Translations under genes and position numbers: made by a program
Assembly: GCF_009914755.1 (NCBI RefSeq)
Contig: NC_060942.1
Direction: 5' to 3' (one strand)
DNA: 64,000 nt
DNA from: the human T2T-CHM13v2.0 reference genome, Homo sapiens
In this document: positions 33,408 through 46,855 of the stretch, piece after piece
Layout of the letters: each line of letters opens with the position of its first letter
Numbering within the stretch: the first letter of the stretch is position 1
Notes under the pieces: model-generated
The model's database searches: none
Seen by the model: only the letters and a program-made list of their open reading frames with translations
Told to the model about the DNA's origin: nothing

Positions 33408-36400
33408 ACAATGAGATCACATGGACACAGGAAGGGGAACATCACACTCTGGGGACTGTTGTGGGGTGGGGGGAGGGGGGAGGGATAGCATTGGGAGATA
33501 TACCTAATGCTAGATGACCAGTTAGTGGGTGCAGTGCACCAGCGTGGCACATGTATACATATGTAAATAACCTGCACAATGTGCACATGTACCCTAAAAC
33601 TTAAAGTATAATAATAAAAGAAAAAATATATATATAACATAAAAAATAATAAATAAATAAATAAATTTTTAAAAATTAAAAAAATAGATTAAAAATAAAT
33701 TCATGAAGGGAAAGAAAATATTCACACATTATGTATTTGGTAAGTAATTAATATCCGGGCTATATAAAGACCTCAGCAACAACAACAAAACAATCAAATT
33801 TAAACATGAGCAAAGGTTTTAAAATACACATTTCTCTAAAGAAGATATGCAAATGACCAGTAAGCACAGGATAAGGTGCTCAGCATCACTAATCATGAGA
33901 AAAAAGTAAATCCAAACCACAATGCAATACCAACTGACACATGTAAGCATAGCTGCCATCAAAAAAACCCCACCAGCAAAGCAAAACAACAAAGCCCCAG
34001 AGAACAGCAAATGCTGGATGTGGAGAAGTCAGGACTCCTGCACACTGCTGGTGGGAAAGTAAGATGGCACAGCCACTGTGGAAAACAGTAATCACCATAT
34101 GATCCAGTAATCCCACATCTGGGTATATACCCCAAAAAACTGAAAGTGGGAATTTGTACACCCATGTTTATAGCAGCATTCACAAGAGCCAAAGGGTAGA
34201 AAAAGCCCAAATCTCCATCTACAGATGAATGGATAAGCAAATATGATTGATACACACAATATTATTCAGCCTTAAAAAGAAAAGAAATTCTAATACATGC
34301 TACAACATAAACCTTGAAAACATTAAAACAAAAAAATGCAAATACTCCATGCTTTCCACTTTTATAGTGTACCTAGAGCAGTTAAATTCATAGACACAGA
34401 AAGTAGGATGTGGTTTCCAGGGGATGGGGGGAAGGGAAAGGGGAGCTATTGTTCCGTGGATACAGAGTTTCACTTTGGGATGATAACACAGGTTTGGAAT
34501 GGATACTGGTGATAGTTGCACAACAATGTATTTCTACTTAATGTACTTAAATTTTCTCTTATACATATTTCACCACAGAAAAAAAATTAGCAAATATTTA
34601 AAAATCTACATGTTTCTTTGAACTGTTTCTTTACGTCCCTTGTCCATTTTTCAATTTGGCTGTTGGTCTTTTAATAATTTAGGATAGCTATATAGCTATA
34701 TATATACATATATATTACACAAATTAGCTTTTTGTCTGTCATGTATGTTGCAGATCTGTTTCCCCAGTCTGTTGACTTTTGACTTTGATGCATTTTTCTT
34801 GCCTATAAAGTTTTAATTTTTATGGAGTCAAATGCATCAGTCTTCTATTCAAAGACTTATTTATGGGTTTGGTGTTTCAGTTTAGGATGAAAAAGAAGTT
34901 GTAGATATGGATAAAGGAGATGGTTGTACAACACATTATATTGGACCACTCAACTGTACGTTTAAACATGGTTAAAATGGTAAGTTTTATGTTGTATATA
35001 TTTTACCACCAAAAAAGGGCCAGGCTTAGATATTTATATGTTAGGGGTTTGGAGTACCTCTAACATTTATTCCCCTACAGGGCTCTAATTTATAAAACTC
35101 CCACACAAGAAAAGTAGATACTGACTTCACAAATCTCCTTACAAGTCCCACAGCAAGGGCTGTCTGGGAAAGCAGAGGTGGAAAAAGTCACATAAACTTG
35201 AGATCAGTGTGAGACCTCCCATCCCCCACTCTGGAATCAGATGGAGGAAGGCAGGCATGCAGGCTGAGCTGGAGAGATGAGCTGGGGTGGGCAGAACTGT
35301 CTTCCCATGAGCCTAGACCTTAAGTGCTCCCACATGATCTCAGGCATGTATCAAACCAAGAAAGCGGCTAGGAGGGCAACACATCTACCTGTATACAGGG
35401 AGCTATGAAATACGTGAGCTGCGCAAGTGATGCACAAGGAAACGGAAGCAGTATGACCTTTACACAGTGACCTGGCTCAAATAATTTCAGGCTGTCATTA
35501 ACCAGGCGAGCTCCACTTTCTCTCTGAGGTAGGTAAAATTGAGGGGGTAAAGTGGGAGTTGGGGAAAATGGAAAAGAAAGCCTGGTAGTATTTCTTCTAA
35601 CTCTGTCATAAATAAAAAGTAAAACATAGATGCCATTTCTCAGGGCCCAAATGTTAGGTGAAAAAATGTTTGTCATCTCAGTCATGTGATGTGGACTTCA
35701 GCAGAGCAGTACACACATGGTCATTTATCCTTTCCCTCTGCATGTTGTGTGCTTTTTCAGTTTATAATGTACCTGATCCACTTGTCTCATCACACTAGCT
35801 GCAAACAAGGCCACTGAATGTCACAGCAGGTGGCCGGCATGTCTGTGAAGGGCAGAAACTGGGGCAGCCAAACAGCTGGCAGAGGCCAGCTAGGAAGTAC
35901 CTGATGCCCACTCCATAGAGGACTCCACACTTAAAAGACAAGATCAGCAAGTGTCAGGCTGCCTCACTAGTTATCCCCCCAAATAAAAAAATAAAAGTAA
36001 CCCCTCCAGGGAACGTGTATGTGTACACACAAAAGTACATGCACACAGCTATATGCAAATGGGAAAGGCTTGGAAGGAACCAAATCCACCTCTGAACACC
36101 AGTTACTTGTGGGGAAGGGGCAGGTGAAGCCAACTGTCAGCATTACTCACCTTTTCAACTGATGAGCTTACATCAATTTTGGCAATTTCTCATAAAAAGG
36201 CAATTTTCACTCCTTGGGTGATCACCCAGGTCCTGCAGAACTGAGCCACCAACAACCACCTGCACCACTTCCCATGAGGCCAAATAATGGCTTCCCTCAA
36301 AGCTCAGCCCTCCCACCCACCTCCCAGTCCTCTCCCATGCAGGGGGCTGCCGGCCTCCTGGGGTACAGGGGTCCAGGCCAAACCCAATCCACGCATGGTT

Positions 36401-36828
36401 GGTGAAACCAGCACGTATCCAAGGGCCTTTCCCCCACCTGGGCCATGTGCCCACTGCATAGATAGGCCTGTGCTTGCTCCCCTAGGACAGAGACTCCCTT
36501 TTCTTCCATTGGAATGAGGAGTGGGGAGATTTAATGGTGTCCTGTACAGGTTGGGTGTTAATCTGATGTGGTGCTCTTGGAGAAGCTTGCTTGAGTTCGG
36601 CGCTTTCTCAGCACGTGGTGTGTGCTGCCCCTTCAAGCTGCAGGAGTCCCAGAAAGTAAGTGCTGCTGCAACCCCCATTTACTGGTGAACAGAGGTCAGG
36701 TGATCTGCAGCCAACCAAGCAGCTGCTAAGTGGCCAACAGGCTGGATCTGCATCTAACTTGCAGAGGCCCTGCCTGGATGCTGGGGCTGTCCTGAGACTC
36801 CCTCCTCCTCCTCCTCTTCCCTCCACAG

Positions 36829-39035
36829 CTCTCCTGGCTTCTATCCAAAGCTGTGTTCCAGGTGGGGAACACCTATGGATGCACCAGGGTGCAACTACTC
36901 AGAGTCCAGTGTGCAGAAGGGCCCCTGCTCTATGCTGTTTCCGTATCCAAGCCCAAGCTCTTCTAGAGCTTCAGCAAATCCAAGCCTCCCTGAATTCCCT
37001 GCAAGACCAAACTGAGCCCTACAACCCCCACCACTCTGGTTAGCTGCCAGTCCCAGCCCCTGTTCCCTCCTGGGCCCCTGTCTGTACAGTTCTGAAGTCC
37101 TACAAGAATGTTGAGATCCTAAGCCGACTCTCACCCAAAGAGGTAAACAACCAGGGGCCTCCAGGTTGAGAGAATATACCCAGACAGGTTCTGCTGCCTG
37201 TAGGCTTGATGTCTTTCCCCTACAACACGCCTTGCTTGCCAGGCTGGAAGAGGGGCTCCAGAAACTTGGGAAACCTGGGCCTGTAGCTGGCATGTGGAAA
37301 AGAGGCCTGGAAAAGCACCATTCCTGTCCATGAAGCCCCCAGATGGAACCAGGTAATTGGGAAATACATGGGCACCAAGCCTGAACCCCCCTCAGACCCA
37401 GGTGGGAACTGCAGTGGTGACTTGCCCCCTCTGCCAGTCTGGCTGTACCACTACAGGAGGGAGGAACATCTAGCCCCACGCGTGAGTGGAGACACCAGGT
37501 GTGGGCAGGTTCCAGTGGTTGCTGCAGCTGAACCTTCCTAACCAGGTCCATGCGAGACCATCTCAGATGGGTGTGCACCTGGGTTGGGCAAGGACACCCC
37601 TCAGACAGTGAGAGCCACTGAGGAGGGCTGTCACAGAGGCCCCTTTTCCTGCTCTTAGAACAGGTTGGGCGAGTATGGGGGAGTGTGGGGGAGTATGGGG
37701 GAGTATGGGGGACCTCTCCCACCTCCCAGCTGCTTCCAGGAGCCACTTCTTTCGAGATGAGACTCTCCTGCCTGCCTGTTCCCATTTGGCTGCAATAGAC
37801 CATTGACAACATTCAGAGAACAAGAAGGGGCCTCACCTGTTTTCCCTGACACGTAGGAGGCAGATGGGCATTCCCAGGGGACCTGGGGTAGAGCCTGTTC
37901 ATCTGCCCACCCCCAGGCTATGCTGGCTTCATCTTATCTGTGCGATAGGGCTGGGGGTGGGGGTGGGAATTACCAGGAGACCATCACACAGGCCGTGGAC
38001 AAGTTCTACAAGAGCCAGGGAGAAGAACACTGTCCGTGCATGCGTCCCAGCACCCAGCTCACACATCTCTCATTTGACAGCTTCCCCAAAGCAGGCTTTG
38101 CAGTCCAGGCTCCCCAAGAAGCCAGGGGAGGAGACTCTGCCAGGCTGAAGGGTCTGTCCCCAAAGGTGCCACCCTCACCAGGCTCATCCTGACAATCTTG
38201 GATTATTTTTGCCCTGAAGTTTTGGAGTGGGGGACAGGGAGAGAGCAGACAGTACTCATTAGCCACCTTTCCAGAGAGCATCAGCCCTCCAGACTGGGGC
38301 AGGTCAGACCTCCACTCAGGCATTTTTCTCACTGGTTGCCAGTTGGGGGAAGCAGTATTTGTGAGCACCTGCCTGTCTCCCCAGGTCCTGTTCAGAAACC
38401 CCATCTGTGCCTTTGGAGGGACTGCCCTGCGCACACAGGCCCAGCAACCACCATCTACGGCCCCCAGGACCTAATCCCCTTCTACTTGGGATTCAGTGCA
38501 TGTTAGCAGACACTGGGCTTGATTCCTGCCTAGTCCCTGCCAGATATCCCATGCCCACCTCATTAAGAGAATGAGGCCACACAAACACACCCAGGCCATC
38601 GTGATGATGGAGTGCCTGGGGTCCCACTTGCCCACCCTTCATTGCTGGTTCAGAGCCAGCTCTGACCACATTCCTACCCTGAGATGGGACTCTGGGGACA
38701 TTGTCCACCAGGGTCACTGACCCCTTTTAACGTTCCAGAAACATGGCCAGCTGGTCCCCTAGAAGTTTGGTATATGGGATAAGCCAAGGCTTGCCTTCAG
38801 CAACAGGTTTTCCACCACATCACTGCCCAAGGCCCAGGGCATCACCAAGTTCATGTGAAGCCTGCCTGCCATGTCCACAGCCCATACCGACCCCTCCTGG
38901 AGCCACTGGAATGCTTGTTCCTGGGCATGTGATGAACCCAGACAGCTTCCGCCTTGCAGGACAACTATGCGCATCTGGCAGCAGTAGCCAGAGGGCCCAT
39001 AGAAAGAAGATGGAGGCAAAACCAGATGCTGTGAG
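36829..39035 (+). pseudogene. Unprocessed FAM166A (CIMIP2A) pseudogene; exons ~36829-37038, 37090-37352, 37443-37566, 37917-38018, 38385-38500, 38951-39035
   Basis: Hand translation gives FQVGNTYG, SVQKGPCSML, QTEPYNPH, LKSYKNVEIL, ENIPRQVLLP, EAWKS, LYHYRREE, YAGFI, QAVDKFYKSQ, LFRNPIC, DLIPFYLGF, QDNYA, collinear with recalled human FAM166A. Introns retained; stops, frameshifts and some lost splice sites; first exon not found. Confidence 0.88.
37671..37712 (+). repeat. (GGGGGAGTAT)-type 10-bp repeat, G-quadruplex-forming pattern
   Basis: Four G5 runs with 5-nt loops. Confidence 0.85.
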
Positions 39036-39040
39036 AATAC

Positions 39041-39046
39041 TTTATT
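39041..39046 (-). terminator. Poly(A) signal AATAAA of TUBB8B
   Basis: TTTATT on +, about 145 nt downstream of the stop codon. Confidence 0.85.
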
Positions 39047-39191
39047 AGTCAAAACCGCATACTATAAAAATGCTTTAAAACGCAGCAGGAGATGTGAAGA
39101 CACAAATTAACAAGCGTATAGTGACACATGGCTGTCAGAACACAGTAAAGAATCCACACTGCTTCCCCCCTTTACCTAGAAAAGGAGAGTT

Positions 39192-41359
39192 CTAGGCCAC
39201 CTCCTCCTCGGCATACTCCTCATCCTCCTCCTCCTCGGCCGTGGCATCCTGATATTGCTGATATTCAGACACCAGGTCGTTCATGTTGCTCTCGGCCTCG
39301 GTGAATTCCATCTCATCCATGCCCTCGCCCGTGTACCAGTGGAGGAAGGCCTTGCGCCTGAACATTGCTGTAAACTGCTCTGAGACACATGTGAAGAGTT
39401 CCTGGATGGCCGCATTATTCCCAATGAAGGTGGCTGACATTTTTAGCCCCCGGGGTGGGATGTCACAGACGGCTGTTTTTACGTTGTCGGGGAACCAGTC
39501 AGCAAAGTAGCTGCTGTTCTTATCTTGAATGTTGAACATTTGTTCATCCACCTCCCTCATGGGCATGCGACCCCTGAAAATGGCAGCCACCGTTAGGTAG
39601 CAGCCGTGACGGGGGTCACAGGCAGCCATCATGTTCTTAGCATCAAACATCTGCTGGGTGAGCTCAGCCACAGTCAAGGCCCGGTACTGCTGGCTGCCCC
39701 GGCTGGTCAGTGGGGCAAAGCCGGGCATGAAGAAATGCAGCCGGGGAAACGGGACCATGTTCACGGCCAGCTTCCGCAGGTCAGCATTCAGCTGGCCTGG
39801 GAAGCGCAGGCATGTGGTGACCCCACTCATGGTAGCAGACACCAGGTGGTTCAGGTCACCATAGGTGGGTGTGGGCAGTTTTAGGGTCCTGGAACATATG
39901 TCATATAGCGCTTCGTTATCTATGCAGAAGGTCTCATCCGCGTTTTCTATGAGCTGGTGGACTGAGAGGGTGGCGTTGTAGGGCTCCACCACGGTGTCCG
40001 ACACCTTGGGCGAGGGCAGGATGCTGAATGTGTTTATGATCCTGTCTGGGTACTCCTCCCGGATCTTACTAATGAGAAGGGTACCCATCCCAGACCCAGT
40101 CCCCCCACCCAGGGAGTGGGTCAGCTGGAAACCCTGCAGGCAGTCACAGCTCTCAGCCTCCTTTCTGACAACGTCCATCACTGACTCCGTCAGCTCCGCG
40201 CCTTCTGTGTAGCGTCCCTTGGCCCAGTTGTTTCCGGCCCCACACTGACCTGTAAGACAGCACAGCCGGTCACTCGACGGCCAGGTATACGGTCATCAGT
40301 GGTCACCACCATAATGCAGAAAGGGCCAAGTGTCACATGTGAGGTGAAAGCACCATTCGCCCTGCAGGTGGAGCAAATGAAACTCCCTCCTCCAGAGTTA
40401 CAGGACAGCAGCTTCCCCTGTTAGAAATTAAGACAGGAGTCAAACCTGAGACGGGTTCACAGACCTCGCTGCAGGTGGCTCCTGCCCATTCTCAGGAAAG
40501 GCAGTAGCCACGGCCCCAGCTCAGCTCCCGGCAGGGACATCAGTAGCTCCTCACCTTGAGGAGACACCGGGGCCTTCCTCCCGAAGCCCATTTAGGAGGC
40601 AGATGAAGCGACTCGACTCGGCGGATAGGAGGGTGTTCAGGGGCCCTGGCGCCACAGTTCCCACAGGATGACCTTGGGCACTCCTGGATTTTGAGCTGCC
40701 CTGGCTAAGGAGCCGCACCCCAGTCCTCGCCCGCAGCTCACCGGAAATGAAGTTGTCTGGCCTGAAGACCTGCCCGAAGGGCCCCGAGTGCACAGAGTCC
40801 ATGGTGCCCGGCTCCAGATCCACGAGCACAGCGCGGGGCACGTACCTGCCACCTGCGTGGGGCGGGAGGGCATGAGCGAGGGGAGGGCCGCGTTCCCAGG
40901 AGGGCGGTGGGAGAAGGACGGGGGTCGCACCGCTGGCCTCGTGGTGGTGCACGTTGATGCGCTCCAGCTGCAGGTGGCTGTCCCCGTGGTAGGTGCCAGC
41001 GGAGTCGATGGCATGTTCATCAGAGATTACCTCCCAGAACTGCAAGAGACGGGAGGGGCCAGACAGGCCGGGGCTGAGTCACGGAGGCGCCCCAGCCGCT
41101 CTCCCACCCCCACCCGCACCCCCATCCCTAGGCCGCCCTGTCCCTGGGGTCCACCCCAGCCGCCTCGCCAGCCACCCGGTTCCACCGTCCCCGGCAGGGA
41201 GCCCAGGGGCCGCAATGCAGGGGCACCGCTCCCGCCACTGCCAACATCTTCCCCAGCCACCCGGCAGGCCCGGGCTGGGCCCTCAGAGCCCTGGCTGCCA
41301 ACCTTGGCGCCGATCTGGTTCCCGCACTGCCCGGTCTGCGTGAGCACGATTTCCCTCAT
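39192..41359 (-). CDS. TUBB8B: Tubulin beta 8B, 444 aa; coding exons 41303-41359, 40931-41039, 40742-40852, 39192-40249
   Basis: 57+109+111+1058 = 1335 nt; all introns GT-AG; MREI start, GGGTGSG motif, TUBB8-type tail [14 protein letters not shown]. Residues LTQTG, INVHHHE and ELFTCVS match TUBB8B rather than TUBB8 (from recall). Confidence 0.93.
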
Positions 41360-41442
41360 GGCCAAGGCAGGATTAGGGCGGCAGCAGAAGCGCGAGAAGG
41401 AGGAGCAGACGCGCAGCGACCCAGCCCGCCCTCCGCTAACGC

Positions 41443-41482
41443 TTAAATAGCCCCGCGTCCACCTCCCTCAGCCTCCGATTGG
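41443..41482 (-). promoter_or_regulatory. TUBB8B core promoter: TATTTAA (41443-41449) and CCAAT (41478-41482)
   Basis: Both motifs are on the minus strand, 84-123 nt upstream of the ATG. Confidence 0.7.
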
Positions 41483-43075
41483 GCTCCCAGAATAAGCAAC
41501 AGCTTTACTTCCACACAGGTGCACCCACCTGTGAATCCCTTGGCGTTGAACGTCTGTTGGAGAACTCAGGTGTCCTTGCTATGGTCCCTTCCACGTTGGG
41601 GAAAGCTGCTCAGCTGGAGAACTTCTTCCCACGTCTTTAGTAAGACTAGATCCCTAGCTGAGCTGAAACTGAATTTTCCTCCCATGTGGGAGGGGAAGAC
41701 GCTTGTTTCCATATGCACGGAGTGCCTTTGCACCTGTCCTAGATTGATATTTTTGTAATGGAGATTCATTTCATCTATTAGGAGATCTGTGGTTAGGAAA
41801 GGCCTTCCATATGTTAACTCAACAGGACTTAATTATACGTTTTACTTTGGAGCAGTTCAAACCCGCAGTAAGCTATGGGTGTTGGAGATAGTCAGGCGTC
41901 TGATTTAGCTGGAGTCTTCTGTAGAGTAGGATTAGCCCTTTCACCTTTCCAGAGGACTGCGGTCTCCACACAGAGTGAAGGTAATATTGGATTCTTAAAG
42001 CTGAGGATAGGTGTTGGGTTACGCCTGCTGTGAAAGATGGGCCATTGTCACTTTGCAGGCTTTTAGATTACCGAAACTGAGGAGTTATTTCTTCTGGTAA
42101 ACATTTTTCAGATGGGGTGGGGAATGCCTCGATCTAACCAGTGAAGGTATCAGTAAGCATTAGCAAATATTTGAATCTCCTGCAGAAAGGTATCGGAGTA
42201 CATTAGAGTTGCCAGTTCTCACCTGGATAGGTTCCTCAATTTTGGACAGGTTTAACTGGAGAAGGAGAAAATTGCTGGCCGTTTGGGTCATGTCAGGCAC
42301 AGAGCTCACAGGGCTGAGTCACCTGTTTTAGTGTCTTGAAAAGATTTACCCCTATAAACAAATGAGACATTAACAGAAACAAAGAATCCCTTCTAGGGTG
42401 AAAAGAATCATGAAAGTGCTGAGTTATACTCCTGTGATTGGTACTTGGCATTAGTAATTTATTACCATCATTCAGCCTGAGGGGCCCTGGACTGAAATGC
42501 AATCCCTGGCCCATTTTTGTTCTTCTTCAGGGTATTCCGGCCCAGTTCTATGTATGCTGACCAGCACGCCCACAAGCTTCATTGGCCCTTTCAGTGCAGG
42601 GGCCTTGGCTGTGGCATCTACAAGGGCATTTCCTTTTACATGGTCAGTCTCTCTTTTGATGTCCTCTGCAATTAATTATAGTCACTTTTTGGCAGCAAAG
42701 CAGCATTCTAACAAGCTCAAAATCTGAATGATGTATGGAAAAGCCCTTTGGGGTCAGGAGTCCCCACCCATTCCAAATTGCAGCATAAGCATGAAGCACT
42801 AAAAAATCATACTTGGAATCAGTGTAAATGTTAACTTTTAAATCCTTTCCAACTGCAGGGGCCTAGTAAGTTCAATTAACTCAGCTTTTTGAGCTGAGGT
42901 CGAGGCCAGCAAGGCTTGTGCCTTGATTATCTTGTGCTAATAATAGCATATCTAGCCCTCCTGTTTTCCTGATGCATAAAACAACTTGCATCTGTTAACC
43001 ACTCTGCCTTGGGATGGTCAAGGGGCTCATCTCTCTTAAGTCTGGCCTGCTAGAATCAATTTGTTTCATAACCTG

Positions 43076-43726
<651 letters not shown>

Positions 43727-44482
43727 ACCTGTATGCCAGAAAGGCTGGGAGCACCTGTGGACTCTGACAGGCAAGTAGATGGGTTTATGGTTTGCCAGGC
43801 TTTAAGGGTTATGTCTGGAGGGTCGGTCTAGCAATAAGGCCTCACACTTTCATAAATATTCTCCTATTATCCACTGCTGCCCTTTAGCTTCTAGGACCAC
43901 CTTCCCTTGGTGTGGGGTCAAAAACCTGTAGGTGCTGTTCTAATGTTAGTTTATTAGCTTTGCCAACTAGAAAAGTGGTAGCAGCAATAGCTCTAAGACA
44001 TCAAGGCTAAAAGTCAGAGGATTGCTGAGGAAAGTAAAAGCTAAACTGTTTGGGGCCTCTTTCCTGGGGCAGCCTCCAGGCTACTGCAAAACGGAGGCGG
44101 TGGGCAGAAAGGCAACAATATGCAGAGCACTCAGGTGAGGGACAAAGAGCACAAGGTGGACAGTCCAAAAAGAGAAAGTGGCAAACATCTTGTTTAGCCA
44201 AATCCATTCTTCTCAATATTCCCCAGGGCCTCTAACCCTGTGGGCTTGGCCTCTAATCTGAGTATGACACCCCCAGGTCTCTAACTTTGGGCTGAGTCTC
44301 TCACCCTAATATTATACCCTAGGGCCTCTCACTTAAGTAATAGTGGGTAATCATTCTTGCCAACCTGAATGGCTTCGCAACTCTAAAAGACAGCCCACTT
44401 GCCAGCTGATTGATTCTATGTGGATTGTTTTCCTTGGAGTGGGGGTCTTGTCTTGGTGTCCCTTCATGGCATTGCTGAAAGA

Positions 44483-45040
44483 TGTTGCTGGAAAAGAGGG
44501 TCCTGATACAGACCACAAAGTAGGATTCTTAGATCTTGTGCAGGAAAAAATTTGAGGTGAGTCAGAGAGCAAAGTGAACGAAGCAAGTTTATTAGAAATG
44601 ACTCCATTACAGAGTTGGACATCCTCAGAAAACAAGAGCAGGAATGCATTGTCTTTTGTTAGTGTCTCTACTCTAACTATAAAGAGAAAGAGTTATAATT
44701 AAACTTGGAAGGTGCAGATGTACTCATTGAAGTCGGGGCTATTCGTTTTAACAATGACAATTAACCCGTTGACCTAAGCTAGCTCATTAATATTATCTTT
44801 AAGAAAAAATGCTGCACTCCTAGGACATTTATACATTTTTCAGGCTTGGTGGAAGATGTCTTGTATGGCCATAAATATTCTGCAGTTGTAATTTGTGGCC
44901 AGTAAAAAAATGTGGCTATTTTCAGACTATAGGTATTAACCTTCTAGATGCCTTGTGAGTACCTAGCTACTCATATTAAGATAGAGAATTCTAGTCATGT
45001 TTATTAAACTAGAAGCTTGATAACCATGAGTTCCTCTAAC
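44483..45040 (-). mobile_element. Class I LTR (MER41/MER4 group), acting as the 5' LTR of the ERV remnant
   Basis: Minus strand TGTTAGAGG...GGACCCTCTTTTCCAGCAACA, internal AATAAA, followed by a PBS-like sequence. Subfamily uncertain. Confidence 0.8.
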
Positions 45041-45261
45041 ACAGCAAGTCTACTCCTCAAGGAGAAAATGTATTTCTCAGGAATTTTGTGCATTTTATTT
45101 GATGGCATTTGGTATGTTTACCATAATGGCAGAAAAGAGTGAAATTAGTCCTCAAAGATTTCTCAAGATTGGATATAAAGTAACAAATGATTATAGTTAA
45201 TATGCAAGTTGACACAGTTGATATGCAAAAGAAATTTTGTCTGGAACACAATGAGATTTTT

Positions 45262-45570
45262 ATTTATTAATTATTATCATTATCGTTTTGAGACAGAGTC
45301 TTGCTCTATTGCCCAGGCTGGAGTGTGGGGCACCATCTTGGTTCACTGAAACCTCTGCCTCCCGGGTTCAAGTGATTCTCCTGCCTCAGCCTCCCAAGTA
45401 GCTGGGATTACAGGCATGAATCACCACACCCAGCTAATTTTTGTATCTTTAGTAGAAATGGGGTTTCATTCTGTTGGCCAGGCTGGTCTCAAACCCCTGA
45501 CAACAAGTGATCTGCCCACCTTGGCCTCCCAAATTGTTGGGATTACAAGCATGAGCTACTGCTCCCAGCC
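45262..45570 (-). mobile_element. AluS
   Basis: Antisense Alu; CACAATGAG duplicated. Confidence 0.9.
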
Positions 45571-45891
45571 ACAATGAGGCTTTTAAATAATTCTGATTTC
45601 CTGCTGCTGAGCAGGGAGCCGAGCAAATTCAACAGTTCATGGGCCTAAAGTAGGAGAAGACTGAGGACAAACTCTAGAACACATGTGATTAAATTAATTA
45701 CAATGGAAACCAAATCAAATTTAATAAGGCCATACCTCTTAGTTTCAAGATGTTTCCCCTCATTTTGAAATGTGGTGTTATTCAGTGGAAAAGAAAAATA
45801 GTGTTTATCTCCAGAGTAAAGAACAGGGTTCCCTGCAGGGACTGACTGACTGAGAGCTATGGCTCAGGATTAAAAATTCTCTTTTTTCCAC

Positions 45892-46030
45892 TTACAAACT
45901 AAAAATTAATTTCTAAGCCCCTATTGACTAAATGGACCCCTCTTCTTGGATAAGGACATTCCAAAGTTAACCTGAAAAGCTACTTCAAGCCATGGGTCAC
46001 ACCTGCCTCATTAGACTCTCCTCCCTTTGG
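45892..46030 (+). mobile_element. MER4-group LTR 5' fragment
   Basis: TTCTAAGCCCC...AATGGACCCCTC...CATTCCAAAGTTAACCTGAAAA resembles the recalled MER4B/D start. Confidence 0.65.
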
Positions 46031-46855
46031 TTTTAATTGTAATTTTTAATTAATTTTTATGGGTACATAGTTAGTGTATATATTTATGGGGGTACATGAC
46101 ATACTTTGATACAGGCATGTAACGAGTAATACATAATAAAAAACAGGGTATCCGTCCCCTCAAGCATTTATAGCTTGTGTTATAAACAATCCAATTATAC
46201 TATTTTAGTTTTTATAAAATGTATAATTAAATTTTTTTTACCATAATCACCCTGTTGTGCTATCAAATACTGTCTTATTCATTCTTTCTAACAATTTTTT
46301 GTACCCATTTCACATCCCCACTAACCCCGTTCCCCCACTGCCCTTCCCAGCCTCTGGTAACCACCCTTATACTCTCTATGACATCAATTATTTCAAATTT
46401 TAGCACCCACAAATAAGTGAGGACATGTGACATTTTTCTTTCTGTGCCTGACTTATTTCACTTAACATAAAGACTTTCAGTTCCATTTCTGTTACTGCAA
46501 ATGACAGACTCTCATTCTTTCTTATAGCTGAATAGTACTTCATTGTGTATATGTACCACATTTTCTCTATCCAGTCATCTGTTGATGGACATTTAGGTTT
46601 CTTCCAAATCTTGGCTATTAGCAACATTTGTTTTTGACTGACTTCTGGATAAAAGCCACCTTAACTGAGGTGAAATGATATCTCATTTTGGGTTTGATTT
46701 GCATTTCTATGATGATCAGTAATGTGGAGCACCTTTTCACTTGCCTATTTGCCATTTGTATGTCTTCTTTTCATAAATGTCCATTTAAATTTTTGTCCAC
46801 TCTTTAATTGATTATATTTTTTTCTATAGAATGTTTTGAACTCAATATATTGTAG

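Noticed and set aside
35430-35480. KQYDLYT as possible FAM166A exon 1
   Set aside because: Too weak; no in-frame start or matching donor.
36895-37812. 305-aa minus-strand ORF
   Set aside because: Antisense to pseudogene exons and introns, non-ATG start, includes the G-rich repeat.
38006-38070. Peptide GQCSSPWLL resembling IL9R (IL9R pseudogenes occur near TUBB8 paralogs)
   Set aside because: Short match on the antisense strand of the FAM166A pseudogene; no other IL9R exons found.
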